Source: Candidatus Latescibacterota bacterium | GTDB taxonomy: Bacteria > Latescibacterota > UBA2968 > UBA8231 | DNA length: 64,000 bases | Reading direction: 5' to 3' | Assembly (NCBI GenBank): GCA_965197905.1 | Contig: CBDAOB010000005.1 | Location: 576,001-640,000 of the forward strand | Part shown: positions 10,159 to 20,576 of the stretch, piece after piece | Numbering within the stretch: the stretch's first letter is position 1 | How the letters are laid out: each line of letters begins with the position of its first letter | Program-made: the position numbers and the translations under genes | The notes under the pieces: model-generated | Told to the model about the DNA's origin: nothing | Database searches by the model: none | Seen by the model: only the letters and a program-made list of their open reading frames with translations

Positions 10159-11655
10159 ATGACGTTCGCTGATCCAACTAATCTCTACGATCCAGGACTT
10201 CATCTGTTCGTCGACGACTCCGAAGTCCAGGATCATCCCGGATTCATGCGCAAGGTCCAGCGTCCGACGCGGGTGCAGCCGGAACCCGTGCTGCAGCCCG
10301 AGCGACCCTGGGAGGGGAAGACGGTCCAGATCAAGGGTGGTTATCGCTACAATCGGGAAACCGATCTGTTCGAGATGTGGTATTGGACCTGGTCCTGCAC
10401 GATCGACGAGATGAACGAAGGGGCTCCCACCTTCCTCTGCTACGCGACCTCGAGGGATGGCGTCGCATGGGAGCGCCCGAAGCTGGGGCAGTACGAGTTC
10501 GAAGGGTCCAGGGAGAACAACATCGTGCTGGCGACCACGGGCGATCCGTGGGGTGTCATCGTGGATCCCCTTGAGCAGGACCCGGCGCGTCGCTTCAAGC
10601 TGGGGCTCTACCATCAGCCACAGGGGAGCCCGGGACCAAAGGACCCGACGGCTCGGCGGCGCTACATGCAGTCAGTGATCGACCGCTACGGCATGCACGC
10701 CTGCTCCTCACCGGACGGCATTCGCTGGACTTTCGAGGATACGCTTCTAGTGGGTGGGGCGGGTGACGCCGGAGTACTGGCATACGATCCGCTGCGTGGC
10801 GGATATTTCGCTACCTCAAGACGTCGCCACAACCTCGCCGATCACTTCGTCCTCGAGTGGAAGAAATACCGCCGCGTGATCGCCATTTCCAGAAGCGACG
10901 ATTTTTCCTCTTGGAAGCCGCTGCGGACTGTGCTTAAGCCGGATGAGTTCGACGACGTGGGTGTGCAGCTCTACCAGATGGTGCCGTTTGTCTACGGCAA
11001 TCAGTACGTCGGGTTTCTTTGGGTGGCTCATCCAACCGAGCTCAGCGGCATGGAGCTGGCATCGGCGCGGGAACTCTGCTCCTGGGAGCGGGTGGGGCGC
11101 CGGGAAGAGTTCTTCTCGGTCGGCTCACCGGGATCGTGGGATATGGGGTGGGCGGCGCTCGGCTTGAGTCCGCCGGCGCTGAAGGGGGACACCCTATACA
11201 TGTGGTATTCGGGTAAACCTCAAGGACACGGCACCCAGGGAAATTTCAGCAGCGCCATCGGTCTGCTGACCTTGCGCCGCGACGGCTTCGTGGCCTTACG
11301 CGCCGGAATTCGCGGCGGTGAACTCATGACCGAACCGATCGAGATCACCGGCCCCAGACTCTCGGTGAATGCGACGGTTCTCTTTGGCGAATTGAAGGTG
11401 CGTGTTATCGATGATGCGGAGGTGGCGGACGGATACTCGCTGGAAAAGTGTAACAGCCTGGTGCGCGACGATCGCGTCGATACCGTCATCACCTGGGGTG
11501 ACGATGGCCAAGACCTGGCGCCCTTTGTCGGTCGCAAGGTCCGCCTTCACATACAGACGGACAACGCCACCAGTCTTTATTCCTACCGAACGTGGCAAGC
11601 TCAGGCAAAAAGTTGCGCGACCGACGACTCGCTCCGATCACGACCGTACAGCTAG
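10159..11655 (+). CDS. Five-bladed beta-propeller glycoside-hydrolase-like protein; paralog 5
   Basis: HLFVDD, ERPWE, FEMWY, YATSRDGVAWERPKLG...NN, IGLLTLRRDGFV, LYSY. The upstream part of ORF 9472 is a shadow of the SGNH gene. Confidence 0.75.
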   Translation: MTFADPTNLYDPGLHLFVDDSEVQDHPGFMRKVQRPTRVQPEPVLQPERPWEGKTVQIKGGYRYNRETDLFEMWYWTWSCTIDEMNEGAPTFLCYATSRDGVAWERPKLGQYEFEGSRENNIVLATTGDPWGVIVDPLEQDPARRFKLGLYHQPQGSPGPKDPTARRRYMQSVIDRYGMHACSSPDGIRWTFEDTLLVGGAGDAGVLAYDPLRGGYFATSRRRHNLADHFVLEWKKYRRVIAISRSDDFSSWKPLRTVLKPDEFDDVGVQLYQMVPFVYGNQYVGFLWVAHPTELSGMELASARELCSWERVGRREEFFSVGSPGSWDMGWAALGLSPPALKGDTLYMWYSGKPQGHGTQGNFSSAIGLLTLRRDGFVALRAGIRGGELMTEPIEITGPRLSVNATVLFGELKVRVIDDAEVADGYSLEKCNSLVRDDRVDTVITWGDDGQDLAPFVGRKVRLHIQTDNATSLYSYRTWQAQAKSCATDDSLRSRPYS

Positions 11656-11665
11656 GAGCACGAAA

Positions 11666-12787
11666 TTGATATACGACGGACATGCCTACTGTTTCCCACC
11701 CCCGAGCCAGAACGCAGGTTTTGCCGACCCGGCTGAGTTCTGGCGCTTCCTGCAACTGTTCATGGCCTGGGCACGTCAGCAGCCGTGCTGGCGCAAACGC
11801 GACCGGGAGCCGGCCGACGCAGGAGGGTTGTACGACACGACCAAGGGGGTCAGCTTCGACAGTCTCAAGGAGGCCTATTTCCGCATCGGCGAACATGGGC
11901 TGGTAGAATGGACCGTCGACGGAGAAGATTACGTCAAACAGGCGTTACCCCCATGGATTGTCGACTTCGCCTATCCAGCCGACAGCCTGATCTCCGAGAT
12001 GGACTATGCCGGCGTCGACCGCGCCCTGCTGCATCGAACCCCGTACATGGGGCTGTCCAACGATTTTATTGCCGACTGCTGTCGTCGTAATCCCGGCCGC
12101 ATCGACGGACTGGCGTACGTGGAAGAGTGGCTTCTCTCAAGCGACATGGACGCTTGCATCGCCAAGCTGGACCGGGCGATCAACGAGCTTGGCCTGGTCG
12201 GGTTGCAGTTCATGCCGTTTCACCGACCCCTGTACGGGCTGTCCGCCAAATGGAATGGGCCGGAATTCGACCCGTACTGGAAGGCGGTCCAGTCTCTGGG
12301 AATCCCGGTATTCTTCACCATTGGCGGCGGCCGCGATTTGGAGGAGTATCTCGAGGAATTGCGCAGTTTGCGGCGGTGGATGGAGCGATACCCGGAGGTG
12401 CCTGTCGTAAAGACCCATGGGTTCAACTGGCGGCTGTTTTCTGACGACGAAAGGCTGGTGGTTCCGGATGAAGTCTACGACGCGGCCCCCCTGGATCACC
12501 CCATGTTCAACATCCAGATCCTGTTCGCCGTATTCCTCCAATCCCGCTGGGACTACCCGATGCCGCAGATGCGTCCTACCCTGGAAACTATGGTTGAACG
12601 GATCGGAGCTGATCGACTCATGTGGGGAACCGACATCCCGATCGTGCTGTTGCACTGGACTTACCGGCAGAGTCTGGATTTCATTCGCAACTACTGCGAT
12701 TTCATCGACTCTGATGATATGGAGCTCATCCTGGGCGGAAATATGGTCCGTTTTCTGAGATCACGCCCGCCTGGTTCAATTGCCTGA
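11666..12787 (+). CDS. Amidohydrolase family protein (Amidohydro_2)
   Basis: IYDGHAY, MDYAGVDRALL, THG, RLMWGTDIP, LILGGN; TTG start after AGGAG. Confidence 0.8.
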   Translation: MIYDGHAYCFPPPSQNAGFADPAEFWRFLQLFMAWARQQPCWRKRDREPADAGGLYDTTKGVSFDSLKEAYFRIGEHGLVEWTVDGEDYVKQALPPWIVDFAYPADSLISEMDYAGVDRALLHRTPYMGLSNDFIADCCRRNPGRIDGLAYVEEWLLSSDMDACIAKLDRAINELGLVGLQFMPFHRPLYGLSAKWNGPEFDPYWKAVQSLGIPVFFTIGGGRDLEEYLEELRSLRRWMERYPEVPVVKTHGFNWRLFSDDERLVVPDEVYDAAPLDHPMFNIQILFAVFLQSRWDYPMPQMRPTLETMVERIGADRLMWGTDIPIVLLHWTYRQSLDFIRNYCDFIDSDDMELILGGNMVRFLRSRPPGSIA

Positions 12788-13019
12788 CGGGATGGGAATG
12801 CCCCTGCTCACTCGAGTGAAAGCGGATTATTGCCAAGTCCGCTGCCCCTGCGCCGGCGCCCAATCACCCCTACGGCGAGCATTAACCTCCTCTCACTCTT
12901 GCTTCCTTGGCCGATATATTCAATACCGGTAGGTGAGGTTGTTTTTGTTTTTCCGCCCCAGAGAGTTATCTTAATAGAGATCCGGCGGGACCCGGCAGTC
13001 AAATCCGGAGGATAATAGT

Positions 13020-13871
13020 ATGGGCTCTGGTGGCGCTGTGCGGATGGTTTTTCTGTTTATCGCGATTTTTCCTCAGGCCGTTGCGGCCAAGGAATCCTAC
13101 GTCCAGTTTCAGGCGTTCGACTGGGCCCCGGTAAAATGGGCCGTCGGAATCCTCCTCGCTGCATCCATTCTCGTCCTCATCCTCAAAATGGTCGTTGGCG
13201 CAAAAGCCAAATCCAAGCCGGCCAAGAGTAGCAAGAAACGGGAGCAAACACCCGAAGAGACCGGGTTCGGCGAGCGGGCCGAGTCGATGGGTTTCAGAGT
13301 GAAGGAATCCAAGCTGCTCATTCAGATTGCCTCTAAGGTCGCACCTCACAAGCCGGAGACCGTCCTGAACACCGCCAACGGTCGCGAACACCTTTACAAA
13401 GACCTGGAAAAGCGTGTTCGGGAGCGCGAAGTGGCCGTGATCCGCGACGTGCAACGCAAGCTCGAGAATATGCGGGGTCGGGACATCACGGAACGGGAAT
13501 CCAAGAGGATCGAGAGCAACATGCCGGTCTGGGTCGTCAGGAAGATCGGACGTAGCGCTTCCGATCCGGACGCACTAGAAGCGCCAGAAGAGGAAGGTTC
13601 CGAACTCAAGCCCAGTCAGGGGCGGTTGGTGGACATCGGGGAGGGGGGAGCGGCGGTTAAGGTGGAGATCGAGGCGGACTCCGGAGACCTCGTGGACCTC
13701 TGGTCAGGGGATCCGAACGTACTGCTTTCTCCCACAACGGCGGTTGTAGTTCAGCTCAAACGAGACGATGACACTGACGAGCATGTGGTTCATCTGTCCT
13801 TCCTCGACCCGCCGCTCTCTGAGCTTCGCGCCGCCCTCTACGAGATAGAGATGCGCAGCCAGGCAGTCTGA
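13020..13871 (+). CDS. Membrane-anchored PilZ-domain protein (putative c-di-GMP receptor)
   Basis: N-terminal hydrophobic segments; RESKR (RxxxR) and DIGEGG (D/NxSxxG-like) motifs; GGAGG SD. Confidence 0.6.
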   Translation: MGSGGAVRMVFLFIAIFPQAVAAKESYVQFQAFDWAPVKWAVGILLAASILVLILKMVVGAKAKSKPAKSSKKREQTPEETGFGERAESMGFRVKESKLLIQIASKVAPHKPETVLNTANGREHLYKDLEKRVREREVAVIRDVQRKLENMRGRDITERESKRIESNMPVWVVRKIGRSASDPDALEAPEEEGSELKPSQGRLVDIGEGGAAVKVEIEADSGDLVDLWSGDPNVLLSPTTAVVVQLKRDDDTDEHVVHLSFLDPPLSELRAALYEIEMRSQAV

Positions 13872-13892
13872 GCGACACTTCGCGCACAACCC

Positions 13893-15218
<1,326 letters not shown>

Positions 15219-15234
15219 GGGAATCCCCTAAACA

Positions 15235-16272
15235 CTAGAGGGCGAGAAACCGGGCCGGATTTGCCACCATGATGCCGTCGATATCGGTCGGGGTGAGGCC
15301 GCTGGCGTGGAGGCGGGGCACGATGTGTTCAAGGATGTGGGCATAGCCGTAACCGCCGAAGGCGGTCATATCCATGCGGTAACAGCAGTCTTGGGCGACC
15401 ATGATCGAATCAAGATAGCCGCGACGCACCAGCTCGGCGATTACATCCACCCGCACGTTGTCGCTGGGATGCTGTCGGCCCAGGTGGGCGTAGTAGATAT
15501 CTCGGCCGAATGTGTCGAAACTCAGTTTGCAACCGGTATCCGCCAGATGACGATATAGATCGACGTCGGTGCGAAAGCGTGCTCCCACGTGGCTCATGAT
15601 GACCCGGTCGGGATCGACTCCGTCGTGGCGCAGCAGGTCGAGAACCTGAATCGGGGAGTGGGGGCTTTGCCCAGGGTGAATCGATATAGCGGCACCGGTC
15701 TCGAGGTGGGCTCGTGCCGCCGCGTGCAGGCACTTCTCTTCGTTCGGATGGAGAGGCCAGGAGGCCCCGATCTCGCCGATCAAGCCGGCGCGGACGTCCG
15801 TTCCGTCAATGCCTTTTTCGACACAGGCGACGATCTCGTCGGTAATGCCCCCGACGGTTTTTCCGTCCATATCCGGTGGATGAGACGGGAAGATGTAATA
15901 CCCTGATCCAGCGACGATATGGAGCCCTGTCGCGGCGGAGATTCGACGCAAACCCTCTGGTTGGGGGGAGATTCCGTTGATCGTCTGGTCGACGATCGCC
16001 TGCCCGCCGGCGTCCCGGAACCTGGAAGCCTCTGCGACGGCCAGGTCCTCTTCCAACATCTCGAGGTTGTGCAGCGAACTCATGGAATTGCGCCGTACCC
16101 AGCCCAGATTGCCCAGCTGAACTGGCTCTCGAGCGAGCTTTTTGCCCGGGGGATCCGCCGGTTCGACGAAATAACAACTCAGATCGAACAGCAAATGCTC
16201 GTGAATCAGGGTCGAACCCAGTTTTGCGGGCTCAAGCGGTCCCCGAACGGTAATAATCTGCTGATTTGCCAC
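15235..16272 (-). CDS. Phosphotriesterase-related (PHP/PTER-type) amidohydrolase
   Basis: ITVRGP, TLIHEHL, GLIGEIG (Glu in place of the carbamylated Lys, as in PHP-type enzymes), SIHPG, MSHV, AQDC, GGYGYAHI, NPAR. Confidence 0.85.
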   Translation of the reverse strand: MANQQIITVRGPLEPAKLGSTLIHEHLLFDLSCYFVEPADPPGKKLAREPVQLGNLGWVRRNSMSSLHNLEMLEEDLAVAEASRFRDAGGQAIVDQTINGISPQPEGLRRISAATGLHIVAGSGYYIFPSHPPDMDGKTVGGITDEIVACVEKGIDGTDVRAGLIGEIGASWPLHPNEEKCLHAAARAHLETGAAISIHPGQSPHSPIQVLDLLRHDGVDPDRVIMSHVGARFRTDVDLYRHLADTGCKLSFDTFGRDIYYAHLGRQHPSDNVRVDVIAELVRRGYLDSIMVAQDCCYRMDMTAFGGYGYAHILEHIVPRLHASGLTPTDIDGIMVANPARFLAL

Positions 16273-16520
16273 AGCTGGAACTCTCCTTTAGAAGGGGCCA
16301 AAAGGTGTTTTCTACGCAGGGGCACGTCAAGGGCGAAAATTGTCCAATTTATGAGGTTGAGGATCTAGGTAGCACTGGCTGAACCAGACTGAGTCTACAC
16401 AGAAGGGAGGTGAACGACGAGTAGAAATGGGCTTTCAGCCGAAATCCTAAGTGGTACATAAATCAGTAGCCGTACGCAAATCATGCACACGCTTCAACGC
16501 CTTATACCAAGGAGTAGACA

Positions 16521-18416
16521 GTGAAGCTAACCAAGATGCTTCTCAGCGTTTTCGCGATCGCCCTTCTGAGCTTCGGTCTTGCCGGCGCCCAGACGGCGGT
16601 CGAAGGATTTTCGTTTCCCGAGGGCGAAAAGTTGCCCGTGCGCTCGGGGATTCCCACGCCTTTGCTTGTTTCCGCCTCTGACGTAAGCTGGAGCGGCAGC
16701 GGTTCGGCGACCTTCAGCTTCAATTCAAGCCAGCGCGGTACCGCCTGGGTGATCATTTACGAGAAGGGCAACAACCAGACGGGCCGTCGTGGACCGGGTG
16801 GTGCCTGGCAGCGTTTGGTACCCCAGGATCTCTACGTCACTACCGTGCCCGCCTCTGGCCAGGCCATTGAGAGCGGTAACAACAGCATCGTCTGGGACGG
16901 CCGTGACTTCGAAGGCAACGCCGCCGGCGCCGGAGAGTACGAGTTCGACCTTGTCGTCGTGAACAATCTGGACGACCTGGTTGTGGTCGGCCCCGCCTCA
17001 GGCCCCACCGGTTTCACCTGGCCGAACATCGACCTGACCAAGGACCCGGTCGAGATCTTCGTGCAGGAGTACGAGCGCAGCGTGCCCGACCGCGGTCATG
17101 CCATCGGCGACATGGTCCGGGGCACCATCGGCACGAACTACCTGACCAATCCGACCGCCTGGGAGCGCTGGTCCTACAACAATGTCATGAACTGGGAAGG
17201 GGCGCGCACCGCGAGCGGCTTGCGTCAGGACGATGTGGACCCGGATATCTACTGGTCCAACGACTACACTGCCGAGTGCTGCAAGGGCATCTACAAGATG
17301 CGCATCAACCGCGCGGCGCAGAGCTGGGAAGGGGTTACCGACTTCGCCGAAGATGGCCGCTCGGTCAATGTCAACGGCGATCGTATCCTGCAGTTCAAGC
17401 CGGAGGGAGACGTCATCTGGCAGACGCTGCACGGAGTCCAGGAGGTGCCCTTCAGCGCCATTGAGAAGAGGGACAAGACCTCCGGCGCCACCCTGACCGA
17501 GTTTGACGTGGGCGATTTTTATCACGTCATCCGTACCGATGACGAGGGTAACGAGACCCTGCGATCCGGCGGCCCGCGTCAGATCGACGTGGTAGGCGAC
17601 CTGATCGTAACCTCTGCCTGGGGCCATCAGGCCATACTCGGCGTCAACAAGAACAGCGGTGAGGTTCTGTGGATGAACGACAACGGCGACGGCTATGGCG
17701 ACCGGCTCGACCAAGAAGGTGCTGCGGCGATCGGTGGCGTTGCCAGCCCGTCTATCAACATCACCGGCTCGACCATCGATCCGGGGAGTGGCAATTTTAC
17801 CCTGTTCAACATGGTCGGGGTCAACGGTCCCACCACGTGGGGCGCCATTGGTCGCGACGGCACCGGAATCTTCTCCATCAGCTATCCCGTGGATTGGGCA
17901 CGGGCTCGTCCCGGCTGCACGCGCTTCAACATGATCAATCAGGGAAGCCAGTATGACGGGCTCTACAGCTGCGTGAACCTGAACATGGTTGCCCAGGAGG
18001 ATGGGACCCACCACGGCAACACCCCGGAAGGGAAATACGGTCCTAAGATGCTGGCACCGACCCCGTACGACGTGTTCAGCGGGCGGCTGGGCGGGGGCGT
18101 GACCGCGGTTTCGGCGAACGGAAGCGCCGGCACCCCGGACAGCTACACGCTCGGCGACGCCTATCCGAACCCGTTCAATCCGCAGACCAGCGTCGAATTC
18201 GCGGTGCCATCTGACGGCTTCGTAAAGATCGAGATCTTCAACTCGGTCGGTCAGGTGGTGGCCAGCATGGTCGATCAGGATCTCAGTGCCGGTGCCTATA
18301 CCGCCACCTGGGATGCTCTCGACTCCAGCGGGAGCCAGGTATCCAGCGGTGTCTATTTCTACCGCATGGAAGCCGGCGAATTCACCGCCACCCGCTCGAT
18401 GACGTTACTGAAGTAG
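16521..18416 (+). CDS. Secreted protein with N-terminal FlgD-Ig-like domain, beta-rich core and C-terminal FlgD/T9SS-sorting-like domain
   Basis: Signal peptide; GNNSIVWDGRDFEGNAAGAGEY; C-terminal AYPNPFNPQT...WDALDSSGSQVSSGVYFYRM...MTLLK; AAGGAG SD. Confidence 0.8.
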   Translation: MKLTKMLLSVFAIALLSFGLAGAQTAVEGFSFPEGEKLPVRSGIPTPLLVSASDVSWSGSGSATFSFNSSQRGTAWVIIYEKGNNQTGRRGPGGAWQRLVPQDLYVTTVPASGQAIESGNNSIVWDGRDFEGNAAGAGEYEFDLVVVNNLDDLVVVGPASGPTGFTWPNIDLTKDPVEIFVQEYERSVPDRGHAIGDMVRGTIGTNYLTNPTAWERWSYNNVMNWEGARTASGLRQDDVDPDIYWSNDYTAECCKGIYKMRINRAAQSWEGVTDFAEDGRSVNVNGDRILQFKPEGDVIWQTLHGVQEVPFSAIEKRDKTSGATLTEFDVGDFYHVIRTDDEGNETLRSGGPRQIDVVGDLIVTSAWGHQAILGVNKNSGEVLWMNDNGDGYGDRLDQEGAAAIGGVASPSINITGSTIDPGSGNFTLFNMVGVNGPTTWGAIGRDGTGIFSISYPVDWARARPGCTRFNMINQGSQYDGLYSCVNLNMVAQEDGTHHGNTPEGKYGPKMLAPTPYDVFSGRLGGGVTAVSANGSAGTPDSYTLGDAYPNPFNPQTSVEFAVPSDGFVKIEIFNSVGQVVASMVDQDLSAGAYTATWDALDSSGSQVSSGVYFYRMEAGEFTATRSMTLLK

Positions 18417-18444
18417 GCCCGAACAACCTGCTTCGAGCAGTTGT

Positions 18445-18482
18445 AGCAGAGGGGGAGCACCTGCTCCCCCTCTGCTTTTTTT
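18445..18482 (+). terminator. Rho-independent terminator, preceded by a smaller hairpin at 18423-18444
   Basis: AGCAGAGGGGGAGCA / TGCTCCCCCTCTGCT perfect inverted repeat followed by a T run. Confidence 0.85.
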
Positions 18483-18503
18483 GTGCGCAACCCCCCCAAT
18501 CTG

Positions 18504-20507
18504 ATGCAATCCGGTAGACCAGAACCCCCCTCGAGGACGGAGGGATCGGCAGCCACCGTCGACACAGCGGAAACCTCGCGGCCGAGCATCTCTCCGCGGG
18601 GTGTCCTCCTGGGAGCGATCACGGCCTCGGCGATGCTGTATTACGTGGTTGTGGTGGGGCAGGGGATCGGTGCCGGTCGCTACGTAAACTCCCAGTTCCC
18701 CATGACGGCGTTCATGCCGTTTGTGCTCTGGCTCTTCATCAACGTGCTGTTGAAACGGTTGTGGCCCTCCCAGGCGCTCAGTCGCGGGGAGCTGCTCACT
18801 ATTCTGACCATGGTCTGGGTTGTGGGCATCATGCCCCAAAGGGGGTGGATGAGCTTCTGGACCGCCATCATGGCGGGTCCCACCATCCTGGCTACCAAAG
18901 AGAACCTTTGGGCAGAGATCTTCTTCGACTACCTGCCGTGGCACGTATTCGCTCCGACCAAAGGGCGCATCCTGGATCCGTTTTTTTTCGGCTTGGAAGA
19001 GGGGATGCCGTTGCCATGGGACGGTTGGCTGGGGGTGCTGGGGCAGTGGCTTGGGGTCTGCATGGCGATGGTGATTTTCGGTTACTGCCTGATGGTTCTT
19101 TTCCAGAAGCATTGGGAGGATGGGGAAAAGCTCACCTTCCCGCTAGCGCAGCTACCCTTGGACCTGACCCGAGGATTCGACCGCCATCGAATTCCCGATC
19201 TCTTTCGCCTGAGGCTCTTCTGGCTCGGCTTTTTCGTGGTTTTTATCACCCTCGCCTACAACGTAGTCACCTACTTTGTTCCCGGGCTGCCGCCAGTGGA
19301 GATCTGGACCAAACGCGTTCCCATAGAGCTTTTAGAAGACTTTCCGTCCGTTACCATTCGCGTACTGCCGATCGTGCTGGCGGTAACCTATCTCTGCCCC
19401 GTGGACATTCTGGGCAGCCTGGTCTTGTTCCATCTCCTCTACTTGGTCAAAGAGGGGTTGATACGAAGGGCCGGCTTCTCGGTAGAGGGATTCTCCGGAG
19501 TCGGCGCCACCGGACAGATCGCCGAATACAAACAGATCATCTTCATGGAGAGTTATGGCGCCCTGATCTTCGTCGCCCTTTGGTCCATCTGGCTCGCCCG
19601 CGGCCACCTGCGCTGGGTCTGGCGGCTGGTCTGGTCGGCGGGGGTTGATCGTGGGGAAGTCGCGCGTTACCGACTGGCCGCAGGAGGACTGGCCGTCTCA
19701 GCGATCTATGTGATCGTCTGGGGCATGGGATTGGGCATGGGTTTGCCGTTAACTCTGCTGGCTTTCGTGGTAATGGTCCTGACCTATTTCGTAATCGTCA
19801 AGCTGATCGCCGCCACCGGGTTCTCCTACCTCCTTCCAAACGAGCCCCACGCCAAGGGGCAGTCTTTCATCGCCGAGCTCGTGGGTACCATTCATCTTTC
19901 GCCCCGGGAGGTGGTGGCGTACAAGGTGTTCGCCAGCCGCGCCTTCTTCGGCGACACCCGGATTCCCGCCTGGCCGGCGATCACCCACCACCTACGCAGT
20001 TTCTCACTCGAGCGTCAGCCAGGGTGGGTAACCGCCACCATTTTCGTCGCTTTCCCGGTCGGGTTTCTGGTGACCGCAACCTCTACCATCGAACTGAATT
20101 ACCAGGAGGGCAGCTCCGCCGGCTTGTCGGGATTTCTATTCAACGATCTCGTCAACCTGATGAACAACCCTTCGGAGTCCACGGTGGGCAAGTGGCTCGT
20201 CTGGGGCACCGGATTCGTTGAGGCGGCCGGCATCGCCTATCTTCGGGGACGCTATCACTGGTTCCCACTTCACCCGATGGGGTTGGCTTTTCAAGCCACC
20301 ACAGGGGTCTGGGTCTACTGGTTCAGCCTTTTCCTGGTTTGGACCGTGAAGCTGGTCCTGCTGCGATACGGGGGTGTTAGCGCCTTCCTCAAGGGAAAGC
20401 CATTCTTCTATGGCATGGCGGTCGGTTACGTGCTGGGTGTAACACTCTCTGGTATCGTGGATCTTTTTTGGTTTCCGGCGGGTGGTCACCGGATGCATGC
20501 ATGGTAG
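18504..20507 (+). CDS. DUF6785/DUF6784-type polytopic membrane protein (putative transporter); paralog 1
   Basis: Many TM helices; QKHWEDGEKLTFPLAQLP, YLCPVDILGS, WFPLHPMG, KPFFYG. Start could be 18483 or 18504. Confidence 0.7.
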   Translation: MQSGRPEPPSRTEGSAATVDTAETSRPSISPRGVLLGAITASAMLYYVVVVGQGIGAGRYVNSQFPMTAFMPFVLWLFINVLLKRLWPSQALSRGELLTILTMVWVVGIMPQRGWMSFWTAIMAGPTILATKENLWAEIFFDYLPWHVFAPTKGRILDPFFFGLEEGMPLPWDGWLGVLGQWLGVCMAMVIFGYCLMVLFQKHWEDGEKLTFPLAQLPLDLTRGFDRHRIPDLFRLRLFWLGFFVVFITLAYNVVTYFVPGLPPVEIWTKRVPIELLEDFPSVTIRVLPIVLAVTYLCPVDILGSLVLFHLLYLVKEGLIRRAGFSVEGFSGVGATGQIAEYKQIIFMESYGALIFVALWSIWLARGHLRWVWRLVWSAGVDRGEVARYRLAAGGLAVSAIYVIVWGMGLGMGLPLTLLAFVVMVLTYFVIVKLIAATGFSYLLPNEPHAKGQSFIAELVGTIHLSPREVVAYKVFASRAFFGDTRIPAWPAITHHLRSFSLERQPGWVTATIFVAFPVGFLVTATSTIELNYQEGSSAGLSGFLFNDLVNLMNNPSESTVGKWLVWGTGFVEAAGIAYLRGRYHWFPLHPMGLAFQATTGVWVYWFSLFLVWTVKLVLLRYGGVSAFLKGKPFFYGMAVGYVLGVTLSGIVDLFWFPAGGHRMHAW

Positions 20508-20576
20508 AAGCGCCTCCTGCTCGAAGCTGTTGGCGGATTTCATTCCGCCGTAGATTCTGCCCGTGGCAGTAATACC

